Assembly: GCF_009914755.1 (NCBI RefSeq)
Contig: NC_060934.1
Source of the DNA: the human T2T-CHM13v2.0 reference genome, Homo sapiens
Reading direction: 5' to 3' (one strand)
Length of the DNA stretch: 64,000 nt
Below, one piece after another: positions 53,521 to 64,000 of the stretch; position 1 is the first letter of the stretch, and every line of letters starts with the position of its first letter. The notes below the pieces were generated by a model that was not told the origin of the DNA, did not search any database, and saw only the letters and a program-made list of their open reading frames with translations. The translations under genes were made by a program, and so were the position numbers.

Positions 53521-55214
53521 AAAATCATTTAACTCTTATTCATTTTGTTTTGAAGAACTTGGTCATTTTCTTTGAAAATGTTATTTATGCAAATATGCAA
53601 AGGGTTTATTTTTATTTTAAAATAAATATATACATAAATATTTAAAATATTTTTTAATTTTAATTTCTAAAATGATAAATGTTGATAGATCCAGACCATA
53701 AAACAGAAGTTCTTTAGGGTCCTGAATTTACTAAGATTGTAAAGAGCTCCTGAGACCAAAGAGTTGGAGAACTGCTGGCTAAGGCTAATCAAGACACATC
53801 CACTGAAACTAAGGTTGTAGTCAGATTTCCTGGAAGCACATAGATCTCTGATGTAGAGATAGATATCAAAATAAATGTAGAGTTCTGTTAGCAAAGAAGA
53901 AGGCGGTATTAATGCTGCAGAAACTTCCTACTGAGTCACTTATTAATGACCCAGCTGCCATTTGGATCATTATTAAGAATAGCTTTGTGATGTGACAGCT
54001 CTAAATCTCTCTGATTTCAATGCTGTGTCCCCTACCTCCACCCAATGACTCTGTTTTCTCTGCCATAATTAGCCCCTCTACATTTTCTGGCTCTGAATCT
54101 GGTTTGTTAAGATAATATAAGAATGAATTGAGTAAGAGACTGGCTTGTTCTTACAGACTAGAGGACTGGGCCATTATCACAGATGATGTTTCTTGGTTTC
54201 AGTCCAGCCAGGGTGGAAATAAAAACTGAGAAAACGTCATAAACTCAGTAACTGTCAGGCAGCAGTGGCTGTAAATTTTCTACATAGTGGAGCGTAAGGT
54301 CAGTAACCTGGTTGGAAAGGAGAGTCTATAAGACTTATTTTCAAGCTACATTTATAGAGCAAGCATGCAGTTGCTGCTGTTTTTAATCCATTTGGTACAC
54401 TACAGATAAATTAACATAGCAAAGTTTGGTCAAGATGTTTTTGTTCATGCATTTCTTCAGATTTAGAAAATGATAACTATCCAGCTTAAATAATAAGCCT
54501 CCAAGGAGTGACCTGCGTGGTGGGATAGTTGATGGAGATTTAAAAGCAGGGAGGTTAAAACGGGACTCATTTTAGTTCTAAAATTACTCTGGAACCATCT
54601 CTGCCTTGAGAAAGATAAGGAGGAAAAGAACGAAGGAATAAGGTACAAAATCCACTGCTAGGTCAAGGTCACTAAGTAAATAATAATACATGTGGTGGGG
54701 TAAACAATTCCTGCTTCCTTTGATACTTGAAGTAGATCAAGGGTGCAGGTGCCAGGGAAGGAGTGATCTTCTGCTGGAGACTTGGCTAAAAGGAAATTTT
54801 TGGCTACTTACAACATTCAGCACATTTAATAGAGTACTAGAAAATACTGAGATGTTGATCACAGAAATAATAGCATCCACAAGGCTGTATGCTTGATTGA
54901 GAAAAGGATTAATGAACAGGGTTCAGGGTCAGGGAAAGACATTATGCAGCCTGAGTTTGCTCATGAGTTATCAGTGACAATGTAAGAGTCTCCCCACCTA
55001 ATATTTGAGACATTAATTACATAATTCCATTAAGTAACTTGTCTAATATAATATTGTGCTGAGAGCTCTTTTCTTGTGTTTCAAATATCCCCAAGAGTTT
55101 TCTGGGATCCATTGGAAAGTGGCATATTATCTAACAATATCCCGTGAAATTGATTATCTGGGGAAACACATTATAAATCTCACGGATGAACAAACTACAA
55201 CTTAGTAACATAAC

Positions 55215-55490
55215 AACAATTATACCTCATGTTTATGTAGGATTTAAGTCTCTACAAAAAGCATTCATATTCTCTGTCACCCTCATAGCATCTAGCATAG
55301 CCCCTGGCATTACCTCAAGATATCCTAAAAACACACCTGCAAGATATGCTTTATCTTCCTTTGACATATGGGAAAACTGTGACATACATAGTATAAGAAA
55401 CTTGCCCCAAATCCAAGGACAAGTAGCGATAGAAATATAATTTGAACCCAGATATTCTAAGTTCTAGTGTCATGTTCTTCCATAACATCA
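55215..55490 (-). mobile_element. MIR
   Basis: gggaaaactgtgac...aaacttgcccca...tttgaacccaga. Confidence 0.6.
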
Positions 55491-55559
55491 CAGCTGGCTG
55501 CTCTTTGTAAACCTGTTCAGCTACATCTGGAAATGTGCATGTAGCTTCCAAAGTCATCT

Positions 55560-55810
55560 GACACTCACTCCATGACACTCATGCTTTGATATCAAGATGA
55601 TCCCCTCCTCCACCTTCCTCTAGTGCTTTACTGTTCCTGTCTGGCTGCACTTACCACTCACTGCCTTACGGTATTCATGTTGTGTAATATGGTTTTCCTC
55701 TGCTGAAAACTCCTTGAGAGTGGATAAGGACTAACCTCAATTATCTTTGTTTTCTCCACAGAACCCAGCTCAGTGCCTGGCCTATGGTAGAAATTAGTAA
55801 ATACTTGCCC
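55560..55810 (+). mobile_element. L2 3' end
   Basis: ctccttgagagtgga...cccagctcagtgcctggcctatggtag...gtaaatacttg. Confidence 0.6.
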
Positions 55811-55984
55811 CTGGTTGATAAAGTGCTCAAATTGCAGCTCTAAGTGCTGTATGGTTCCATAAGAAAATTATCATGAAAAATAAATTATCTGGGGAATTGT
55901 CTCTTTCAACTGAACTCAGGATTTGACTGGAGAAGAAGCTTGACTTCAGCCAGGTCAGCCAGGCTCATTGTGCTCATTGAAGCC

Positions 55985-56172
55985 ATCCTTGGGGGACTTT
56001 GAGCAGGCTTTCTAGCTTCTTCCCTCTTCAATCACAGTGTCTGAATGGCCTTTCTCTTGACTTTCAGTGTTTTCTCCCAAAAGATCTGTTTGAAGTGTGG
56101 TGGTTTATGGATATTTTGGTTCCTCTCTGTGGAAGAGGCATTTCCCAGCTGCATCTAGTCGGCCATCTTGCT
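55985..56172 (-). mobile_element. Isolated 5' end of an old L1 (L1M/L1PB-type 5'UTR)
   Basis: Sense caagatggccgactagatgcagctggga, typical L1 5' start. Confidence 0.6.
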
Positions 56173-56334
56173 GGGAACTTGAGCCCTTCTCCTCGTTTTA
56201 AAATTCAAGTAGGAGAATATTGGTAAGTTGGAAATGAATAGTATTGAGAACAGGGAGGTAGGAGTTGGGGATGTTAATCTAAGAGGGGCTAGTTAGGAGG
56301 GCTGATTAGGGGTAACCAGCAGAGGAAAATACAT

Positions 56335-56530
56335 CATTGTTGAGCTACTGCTTTGCTCTAGGTGCTCTGGTTACATTCACTTATTATTTTATTTTCTTAA
56401 CATCTCTGAGAAGTTGGTATTATTACCCCCATTTTTACATAGTAGTAAGCTGAAGCTCATAGTTCCTCAGAAGCCTCTCAAAGGCACTAAGCTCCTGATT
56501 TGGAGTTGAAACTGAGTTCATGTTCCACCA
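56335..56530 (-). mobile_element. MIR
   Basis: ggtattattacccccatttttacata...gctgaagctc. Confidence 0.65.
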
Positions 56531-58631
56531 CCACCCCACACTGTTTCCCAGCAAACTTGCAGTTGCAAGCGTATATTAGCATGTACTTCACATAAGCTTC
56601 CTGAGCTTCTCATGTTCCCTTTACAGGGCTTAGGAGAGTGGGTCCGGGGCATAAGGGTGATGACAGCCAGGGAAAAAGAGATAGGACAGTGTATCATAGA
56701 ATTGGAGGGATATGGGAAAGGATTTATCTGCTTATTGCATCAGGCTGCCACAATTTTAGAAACCCTATCATTGAATGGGCCTTTCTTGGGAAACTAATAT
56801 ATTGCCAAAGCTCTTCTTTAAATAGCAATAATACAGGTGTTGGTGCTTGAAGAACTGATTTTTGTAGGTCCAATCAATTTTAGTCTTGGATGTGTTATCC
56901 TTCTTCTGTCTTGTGCTACCTTGTGATCTCTTATTCAACAAACATGACAATAGTCATGGTAACTGTAATAATAATAATTGATGCAATTATAATAATAGGG
57001 CCAATCTTAATTCTACTCATATGAGATTTTAGTCATAGTAATTATTATAGTGATGCTTCTATGTGCTTGGCACTTTCTCATGTGCTTTTAAAAGCATTGC
57101 CTCATTTAAATATAAGTGTAGATAAAGTCCCCTGCATTTGTCATACCAAAAACAAGGTAAAAGAGGACATATCAGGTGTGTTTAAACTATCCTCTGTGCT
57201 GTCCACTTGGAGGCTTTAACTCTTCAAGCTTTGTGTCCTCCACTGTGGGTCTCTGTTGGGTGATCTCATTAACGATTTGTCTCCACTTTCCAAGTAGAGA
57301 AAGATGGTGACATTTGAGAAGAGCCTGCTCTAAGTAGGTTGCTTGCATACATTATCTGAGAAAACCTCATGTTCTGTTCATCCATCTTTGCACCATAGGA
57401 AGACTAAGAAATGAAACGTGCTTGGCTCCAGCTCCCAGCGCTTATATCAGGAAATGATTGTCTGGCTGCTTAGAACGGCATCTGTTCTTGCTGAGTGTTG
57501 CTGCACTTGGAGGTCTAAGCCCTGTAGGTCATACCCAGCCAAAAGACCCAGATTCACTATGGCAGAGGTGATTAGGTTTTTACATGTAAAATGGGCTTCA
57601 GGAATAGATGACTTTCTGGAGCTCTGATTTTTTTGCATCCAGATGACCTGTGGCACATTGAAAAGAGAGAATGCACAATTTACTACGGAGAGCTGGGTTT
57701 TTTTTTGTTGTTGTTGTTTGTTTTTTGTTTATTGATTTATTTTTACAGCTCATATATTCCTGCAGTGCAGTGCAGTTGTTAAGTCTTTACACTCTGCTCT
57801 CAGACATTAAGAAAAGAAATTGGGGCTTTTAGTAGAAAGGTTAGTGGTATGACTTTCATGAATTGGCATGTATTCCTAAACTGGTAAAAAATGTAGTCTG
57901 GGCAGACTGGTGCCTATGCACTATTTTGCTCATAGATGAACCGCTCATCTTAGGAGACAGAGTGGAAACCAGGGAAGAATTCTTAGCTGAGGATTCTTCT
58001 CATGGCTGATCTTGTGATTTGTTGTCTGGTGTTCATTAAGTGGCTTAATTTTTCTGGAATCTGAAAGTCATAAATACACTGTAAAATGCTGTTAACCTTC
58101 AGAATCCACAGCTTACCTTCTCTCTCAATGGAGCAGTTCCATTCTGCTTGTCTTTATTTGATGCACTTCACTGGTTACTGAAGATATTCCTTCTAAATAG
58201 CTTTCAGACAGCAATATTCTCCCTTTCCTCAGCTAGAAGTTCACAGTGTGCCCCATTTCTTTCCTAGAGTGTGACTACTTGAGCTCTGCCCCCGGCACAT
58301 CATAGGGGTAAGTCAGAACTAAACTTTTGCTCTCACTTTTTATTAAATATCTTGTGATTCTCTTAGGTTCATGAGTATCCAGGGTGCTTCAGTGCTATGT
58401 AAAACACAGACTGGAAAATTTGCAGGTGATGTACCAAAGTGCAGAAACAGTTGGTGTCTGACTGCAGAGTGACAATCTGTCCAGGCACGTTGTTGTTGGA
58501 AAAGTAGTCTGAAATTGGTCTTCAAATTTGAGCACTGTCTGGGTGTTAACACAATGCTCATGAGAGCTATCCATTTCCCTATTGACTGATAAGAGATCTA
58601 CCAAGCCCTGAACAATTCCAGCATTCCCAAG

Positions 58632-59029
58632 TGTGTTAGGCTGTTCTTGAGTTGCGGTAAAGGAATACCTGAGACTGGGTAATTTATTTTGAAAAAAGAG
58701 ATTGGCTCACAGTTCTGCAGGCCATACATTCATGGCACCAATATCTGCTTGGCTTCTGGTAAGAGCATCAGTAAACTGATAACCAAGGCAGAAGGCAAAG
58801 CAGGGGCAGTGAGTGGGAACAAGGGAGAGGAAGGTGCTAGGCTCTTTAAACTATCAGCTCTCTTGTGAACTATCAAAATGAGAACTCATTCATTACCATG
58901 GGGAGGAGGGCACTAAGTCATCCATGAGGGATCTTCCCCCATGATCCAATCACCTCCTACCAGGCCCCACCCCCCACATTGGGGATTTCAACATGAGATA
59001 TAGAGGGGACAAATATTCAAATCATATCA
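58632..59029 (-). mobile_element. MSTB solo LTR
   Basis: tgtgttaggctg...acctgagactgggtaattt...catgagggatc...aaatcatatca. Confidence 0.88.
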
Positions 59030-59289
59030 CAAAATAATGATGCTGTTGGGTGCCAGATAATTTACAGGCTCAGATTCCCAACATTTTTCCTACATCCTGT
59101 TTCTCCTTTAGAGTGTTCACACTTCACCTTTGAGAATGGGACCAAGAGGTCAAAAGGAAAGATTCCACCTGCCATTCAGGACCTCAAAACTTCCAAAGAC
59201 CTTCAAATCATGAAGGAAACTGGGCATAGACCTTCTCTGTTGCAAAGGTGAATAACCACTTCTCTTAGCCATCTATACCACTAAGTAGC

Positions 59290-59470
59290 ATTTTTACTTT
59301 GGGCAAACCACTTACATGCCTTTGAGTGTTGGGAGTTAAGACCTGCCTTAACAGATTGCAGTGATGATTAAATGAGATGATACTACACTCTGAGGATGAG
59401 AGAAGTGATTTATAAATAGTAAAATTGTGGCACCAACATTAAGTGTCATTTTTGTTATTCTTAGTGATTA
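59290..59470 (+). mobile_element. MIR fragment
   Basis: ctttgggcaaaccactta...gtgatgattaaatgagatga. Confidence 0.55.
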
Positions 59471-59643
59471 TTATTTAATTTATTTATAATTGCAAGTTTT
59501 GGTGAGTTTCCCAATGTAATTAATTTTTAGACCTATTGTTCAGTCTTTCTCAACACTTGTGGAAATTCCAGAAACATAAGACAAGAATTCTCAACCAAGT
59601 TACCATAAAAGATTTAATTAACAGAAACTATTATACACATATG

Positions 59644-59646
<3 letters not shown>

Positions 59647-59696
<50 letters not shown>
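59647..59696 (+). repeat. (TG)25 perfect microsatellite
   Basis: Direct reading. Confidence 0.97.
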
Positions 59697-59700
<4 letters not shown>

Positions 59701-60679
59701 GTTAAGTGGGTAGACAGCATGTAGACATTAAATTTCTGGCCAGTATTGGTCTGAAAATCATTCCCTTCTTATCAAATGCTTGTTAGAATCAGCCTCTTCT
59801 CAAATGCTCATGGAAGTTTTTTAGAGTGCCTTTACTTCCATCTTCAGCCTATGGAAATTTTCTATAACACTATTAAACATGATGAATCTTGAACGCAGGC
59901 AGATGTTAATTCTCTTTTAGCTGGGCCTCCAGCAAAAGGTTATTTCTCCCCTGGAGCCCACTTCTACCCCACTTCTGCACCTGTGCCACCTTTCAGTTTG
60001 CACTCTCTTTACTCCCTCCTTTCATGGAAATGTTCTTGGCAGCAATTGCCCATCCAGTTTCTCCCTCCCCAAGACCTTCCCTAAATTTTCCAGAGAGAGG
60101 GAAATTATTCCCTTCTTGCAATTATTGTTTATTATTTGTATCACATATTCTGCCTCAATAGGGGGTTACTTTCTGTCTCCAATTGGTCTTCAGTGGTGTT
60201 CACTGACCACTGAATACACAGATCCTTTTGTTTTAATTGTGCTGAAAAATAAGCAGCAACAGTGTACCAAGTTGGACTCATAACTGGAAGAATTTAATGC
60301 AGCTTCCCAAATTCATGAGTTATTCCCCAAAAGTTATGTTTGAAGAATCTGACTCATGAACTATATGATCTATATAAACAGAAACATTTCCTAAGAGAAA
60401 TTACCATTCCACAGTTTTATTTTTCCCTGAGACACAAAGCATGAGAAATAATGTAATTTAATACAACATAATGCAAAGAGTAGACCATTACTCACACAAA
60501 ACAGCGCATTGCTTTGCAGCTGACAAGAATTCCTAGGAAACTTCCTGCAGTAGCAATCTACATGAGCAATAGCTAAAGAATATAGTTCTCTCTTTCTCTC
60601 ACCGGATGGTCAATATACACTATTTTCGCTACATAGGAGAATTCAGAATCATAGAAGAGCATTTAATACAATCCATCAA

Positions 60680-60870
60680 CAGTGCTTCTCAGAAATCAGT
60701 ATAAATAAGAATAACTGAAAGATCTTGTTAAAAATTCAGACCCCCACATCCTCATTCCATAGATGCTGGGCAGGTGTAGATTCAGGTAGAGACCAAGAAA
60801 ATGTGTATTTAATGAGTACTCCAGGGAATCTGGATGCAGTTGATCCATAGGCCACACTTTAAGTAACATT
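60680..60870. mobile_element. MER5A/B inserted in a minus-strand MIR (~60637-60965)
   Basis: cagtgcttctca...cttgttaaaaattcagac...ccacactttaagtaacatt. Confidence 0.7.
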
Positions 60871-61089
60871 ACTTCTACACCACAGATACAAAACTGCAAA
60901 TGCAGAAATATAAATCAGTGTGCCCAAGGTCAAAGACTCACTTATCAGCAGAGCCAGAACAAGGAATAATAATACTGTGTAAAATGATTTATGTATAATC
61001 AGAAACAAGTGTCCTGCATTCCATGCAGAAAAAAAAAAATCCCACCCATAAGTTATCTTTTAGTTCCTTACATACCTTTCCTCATCATC

Positions 61090-62050
61090 CAGACTTCATT
61101 AAAATATTTATTGAGCATCTACTATGATAAAACACCAAGAGTGAAATGTTTAAAGATAGAGACTTGGTCTCCTTCCTAATAGAGCTTACAATATAGCAGA
61201 TTATTTACAGAAATAAGAAAGAATATATAATAAAAATGAAAAAAATGTTCTGGTTAAAGCAAGACATTCTTATGAATCTGCTCAATAATCTAGCAGTTAA
61301 TGTAATAAGAATGAGGAGAGATATTTCAAATAATCACTGGTCCATTTATTCCTTTATTCCACATTTTTATGCTTTGTACATATGTGCAAAGCACTATGTT
61401 AGGCATTGTGGATACAGCAGAAAATATGAAAGGCAACATCTCTGGCTTCTTGGAGGATAATTTCTAGTGGGATGAGGAATAAATAATAAACATAACTAAA
61501 CAACACAGATGCATACTAAGAAAAGTGCTCCAAAGGAAATAAATAGGTTAGTGCAATACCATATGAGGAAGGAGTAGAGGGTAGTTGAAATATAATGGCC
61601 AGAGAAAGCCACTTTGGGAAAATAACATTTTATCTGATATCTAAAAACTACATGGGAAGCAGCCATGCAAAGCATTGGAGAAGAGAACAGCATCCCAGGT
61701 AAACAGAACAGCAAGTAGAAAACCTGTGAGATAGGTGTAAGCTTGTCATGTTATAGAAACAAAAGGAAGACCAACTTGGCATTGTATTGGAGCATAGGGA
61801 ATGAAAAGCAAAGTGGTATGACATGAAGTTTGAGATGCAGTCAGCGGCCAGAGATTTTAGGATCCTATAGGTCACGTTAAGGAATTTGCATTTCATACCA
61901 TGTGCAGTGGTCAGCTGTGAAAAGCAGGAAGATTAGATTATTATTTGCATTTTTAAAGCTTACTGGATAATGGGTGAAGAATGAATTGAAAGGGAGAATG
62001 GACATAGGAGGAAAACAAGTTTAAAGACTACTACTGTAGTTCAAGGATGC
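61090..62050 (-). mobile_element. Two L2 3' fragments (61090-61240 and 61340-62050)
   Basis: aaatatttattgagcatctactatg; agcatcccaggtaaacagaacagc...ggtcacgttaaggaatttg. Confidence 0.7.
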
Positions 62051-62989
62051 TTCCATGCTCAAAGTGTGAGGACGGCCATTATGCAGAAGCAAGGAAAAGG
62101 GAGATGGATGGGTATTGGGACATCTCTTGTCATTTTGAGTAGATCTGACTATGTGCACAGGTCCTCCTGGCTAAAGAAGTAAGCAAACATTGCTCAGCCT
62201 GGCATCCTAGGCCATCTTCACCACGGCCCAGCCCCACATTGTCAGATTTATTTTGTTACCTGGGTACCAACTAAATTGGACTGCCTGTTCTTCTGTCAGT
62301 ATCTGTGTCTAGCAACCTATGTGTTCTCATTTTATTCCCTTCCATCATAATTTTTTCTTGCCCATACTCTCTTTATCTAAATTTGAGACTTTTACAAATG
62401 TTTCTTTCTTCATTAAATTATTTCTCTCAATCATATACAATATCTTCCTCTTTGGAAACACATTTTAAATCACATGGTTAGCCCCAGAATAATTGCTATT
62501 TATTTGCACGGCTTTCTTTGTCTACGACACCACATGCTGCTGAAAGAAGAAATGAAGTCTCACTCATTTTTATGACTCACAGTGCTTTGCACAGGGTCTC
62601 AGAATGGAGTATAAGGAGTTCTCTAACCTGAGCTGGATACACTCCAGAGCCTCATTTCTCACGCTCACCCACTACCTGCACATGCTGTTTCAACTTGCAG
62701 TTCTGTGGAAAAGACTGTGCTATGTTATGGCTCATGACTTTATTCTTCCTATACCATATCTTTGTATGCTTTTCAGACTCTTGTCTACCCAGCAAATTCC
62801 TCTTTATTTTTAAGACTTAGCTGAGGGTGAACTTCTTTATGAAATATTTTCATGGCACCCTCCCTAGGTGCCTCTCTTCAAGTAGAACTAACGGTTCCTT
62901 GTTATATGTGCTCTTCTACATGGTATACGCTTAAAATACCACACTCTACATATACAATTTAATATGAAATGTAAAATATCTTGCAGAAC

Positions 62990-64000
62990 ATTGCTATTAT
63001 ATGAAAATATGTAAATGTAAAAGTTATGAACCGACAATGACAAAGAGAACAAGAGAAGAGACAATAGACCAAAAATATGATAAATTTTTAGAAGGTGGAA
63101 ACACTAGTTAGCAGAGCAGACAAAGTTGAGTTCCAAAACGGCTGGATACTCAGCTAATCTTTCTACAGTGACACTTACCACTTCAAAAGCCCTGTATACA
63201 CACAACAACAATCACATTAAATTTGTGCGTGTATGCATGCATATGCCTAGCTCTTAATATGCACATATGCACACTAAATATTTGTGAAAAGCCTCTAACA
63301 TGGACAAAGGGTATTCAGAAGCTATAGAAACAGACAGCAGTGGGAAATGGCTCCAAATCTATAATTAAGTTCTCCAAAGAAAAGTGGAAAGATGCTATAA
63401 AGAGTAACAATCATACAATTTCAAAAAGAGCTCTCTGAAATTAAAAATATGTGAGAGCAAGAACACACACACACACTCACATTTGAAGATATGATTGAGA
63501 ATATCTCAAGCATCTCCCTCAGAAAGTAGAACAAAATGACAAAGAGATGAAAATAATATTTTTTAAGGATAAAACTAGGGGATCAATCTGGGAAGTTCAA
63601 ATAACAGAAAGAAAGTCTAGGAAATATGGAAGGTAGTATTTAATACAATATCAAAGAAATGATATTCAAAACACTCCCAGAACCCGTATTTCTGGAAGGA
63701 AAATATTCACTGAAGGCCCAGCTTAGTGATTGGAAACGCTTACTATGGCACATATTTGTCAAATTTCAAAACTCTGGGTTTAAAGAAAAGATCTGAAAAA
63801 AAGGCCCAGAGGAAAAAAAATTCAGCTCATTTACAAATAATCAAAAATAAGTATACCATCAGATACACTAGGAATACTGGAAGCTAGAGAACAATTGAGT
63901 CATGCCTTCAAACCTTTAGGGAAAATGATTTTCAGCCTGGAATTCCATCATTGGAACCATGGTTGATGTTTAAGGGTAGAATAAATATATGTTTAGGCAT
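62990..64000 (+). mobile_element. HAL1 / old L1M ORF1 region (runs off the window end)
   Basis: cagaaagtagaacaaaatgacaaagagatgaaa; actggaagctagagaacaattgagtcatgccttcaaa...gaaaatgattttcagcctggaattc. Confidence 0.65.

Larger units (their letters stand above)
45611..53777 (+). mobile_element. Charlie1a hAT transposon (45611-47375 and 53538-53777), interrupted by MER58A, an unidentified insert and a full-length L1
   Basis: TIRs cagcagttttcaa / ttggagaactgctg; gaggtcaaaacagtttcataataat; transposase remnant gatgaagccataaaa. Confidence 0.8.

Noticed and set aside
54461-54642. Plus-strand exon after ttcttcag
   Set aside because: The acceptor is plausible but the donor is weak and all frames are closed; it cannot be supported without RNA data.

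Overview
Human non-coding (intronic or intergenic) DNA, judged from a near-consensus AluYb8, which is a human-specific subfamily. I find no intact protein-coding exon, RNA gene, CpG island or CRISPR array. The long ORFs in the track come from L1, L2, ERVL or Alu. Roughly half the window is layered transposon debris: L2, MIR, MaLR LTRs, an ERVL provirus relic, hAT and Tigger MITEs, Alus, a 5'-truncated L1PA, and a full-length ~6.1 kb L1PA6/7 inside Charlie1a. Highlights: (1) a colinear, decayed PNMA/MOAP1-like Ty3/Gypsy gag reading frame at ~8168-9031, from a Kozak ATG to the end of the capsid domain, with a strong upstream splice acceptor and a possible tRNA-Arg PBS; (2) a multi-segment template-switch scar in the end of a MER61 solo LTR; (3) a ~130 bp inverted local copy of ERVL sequence pasted into a neighbouring MLT1A; (4) two inverted MIRs far more similar to each other (~87%) than independent MIRs should be. 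Repeat subfamily names are from recalled consensus features, not a RepeatMasker run. Boundaries of old repeats are approximate.
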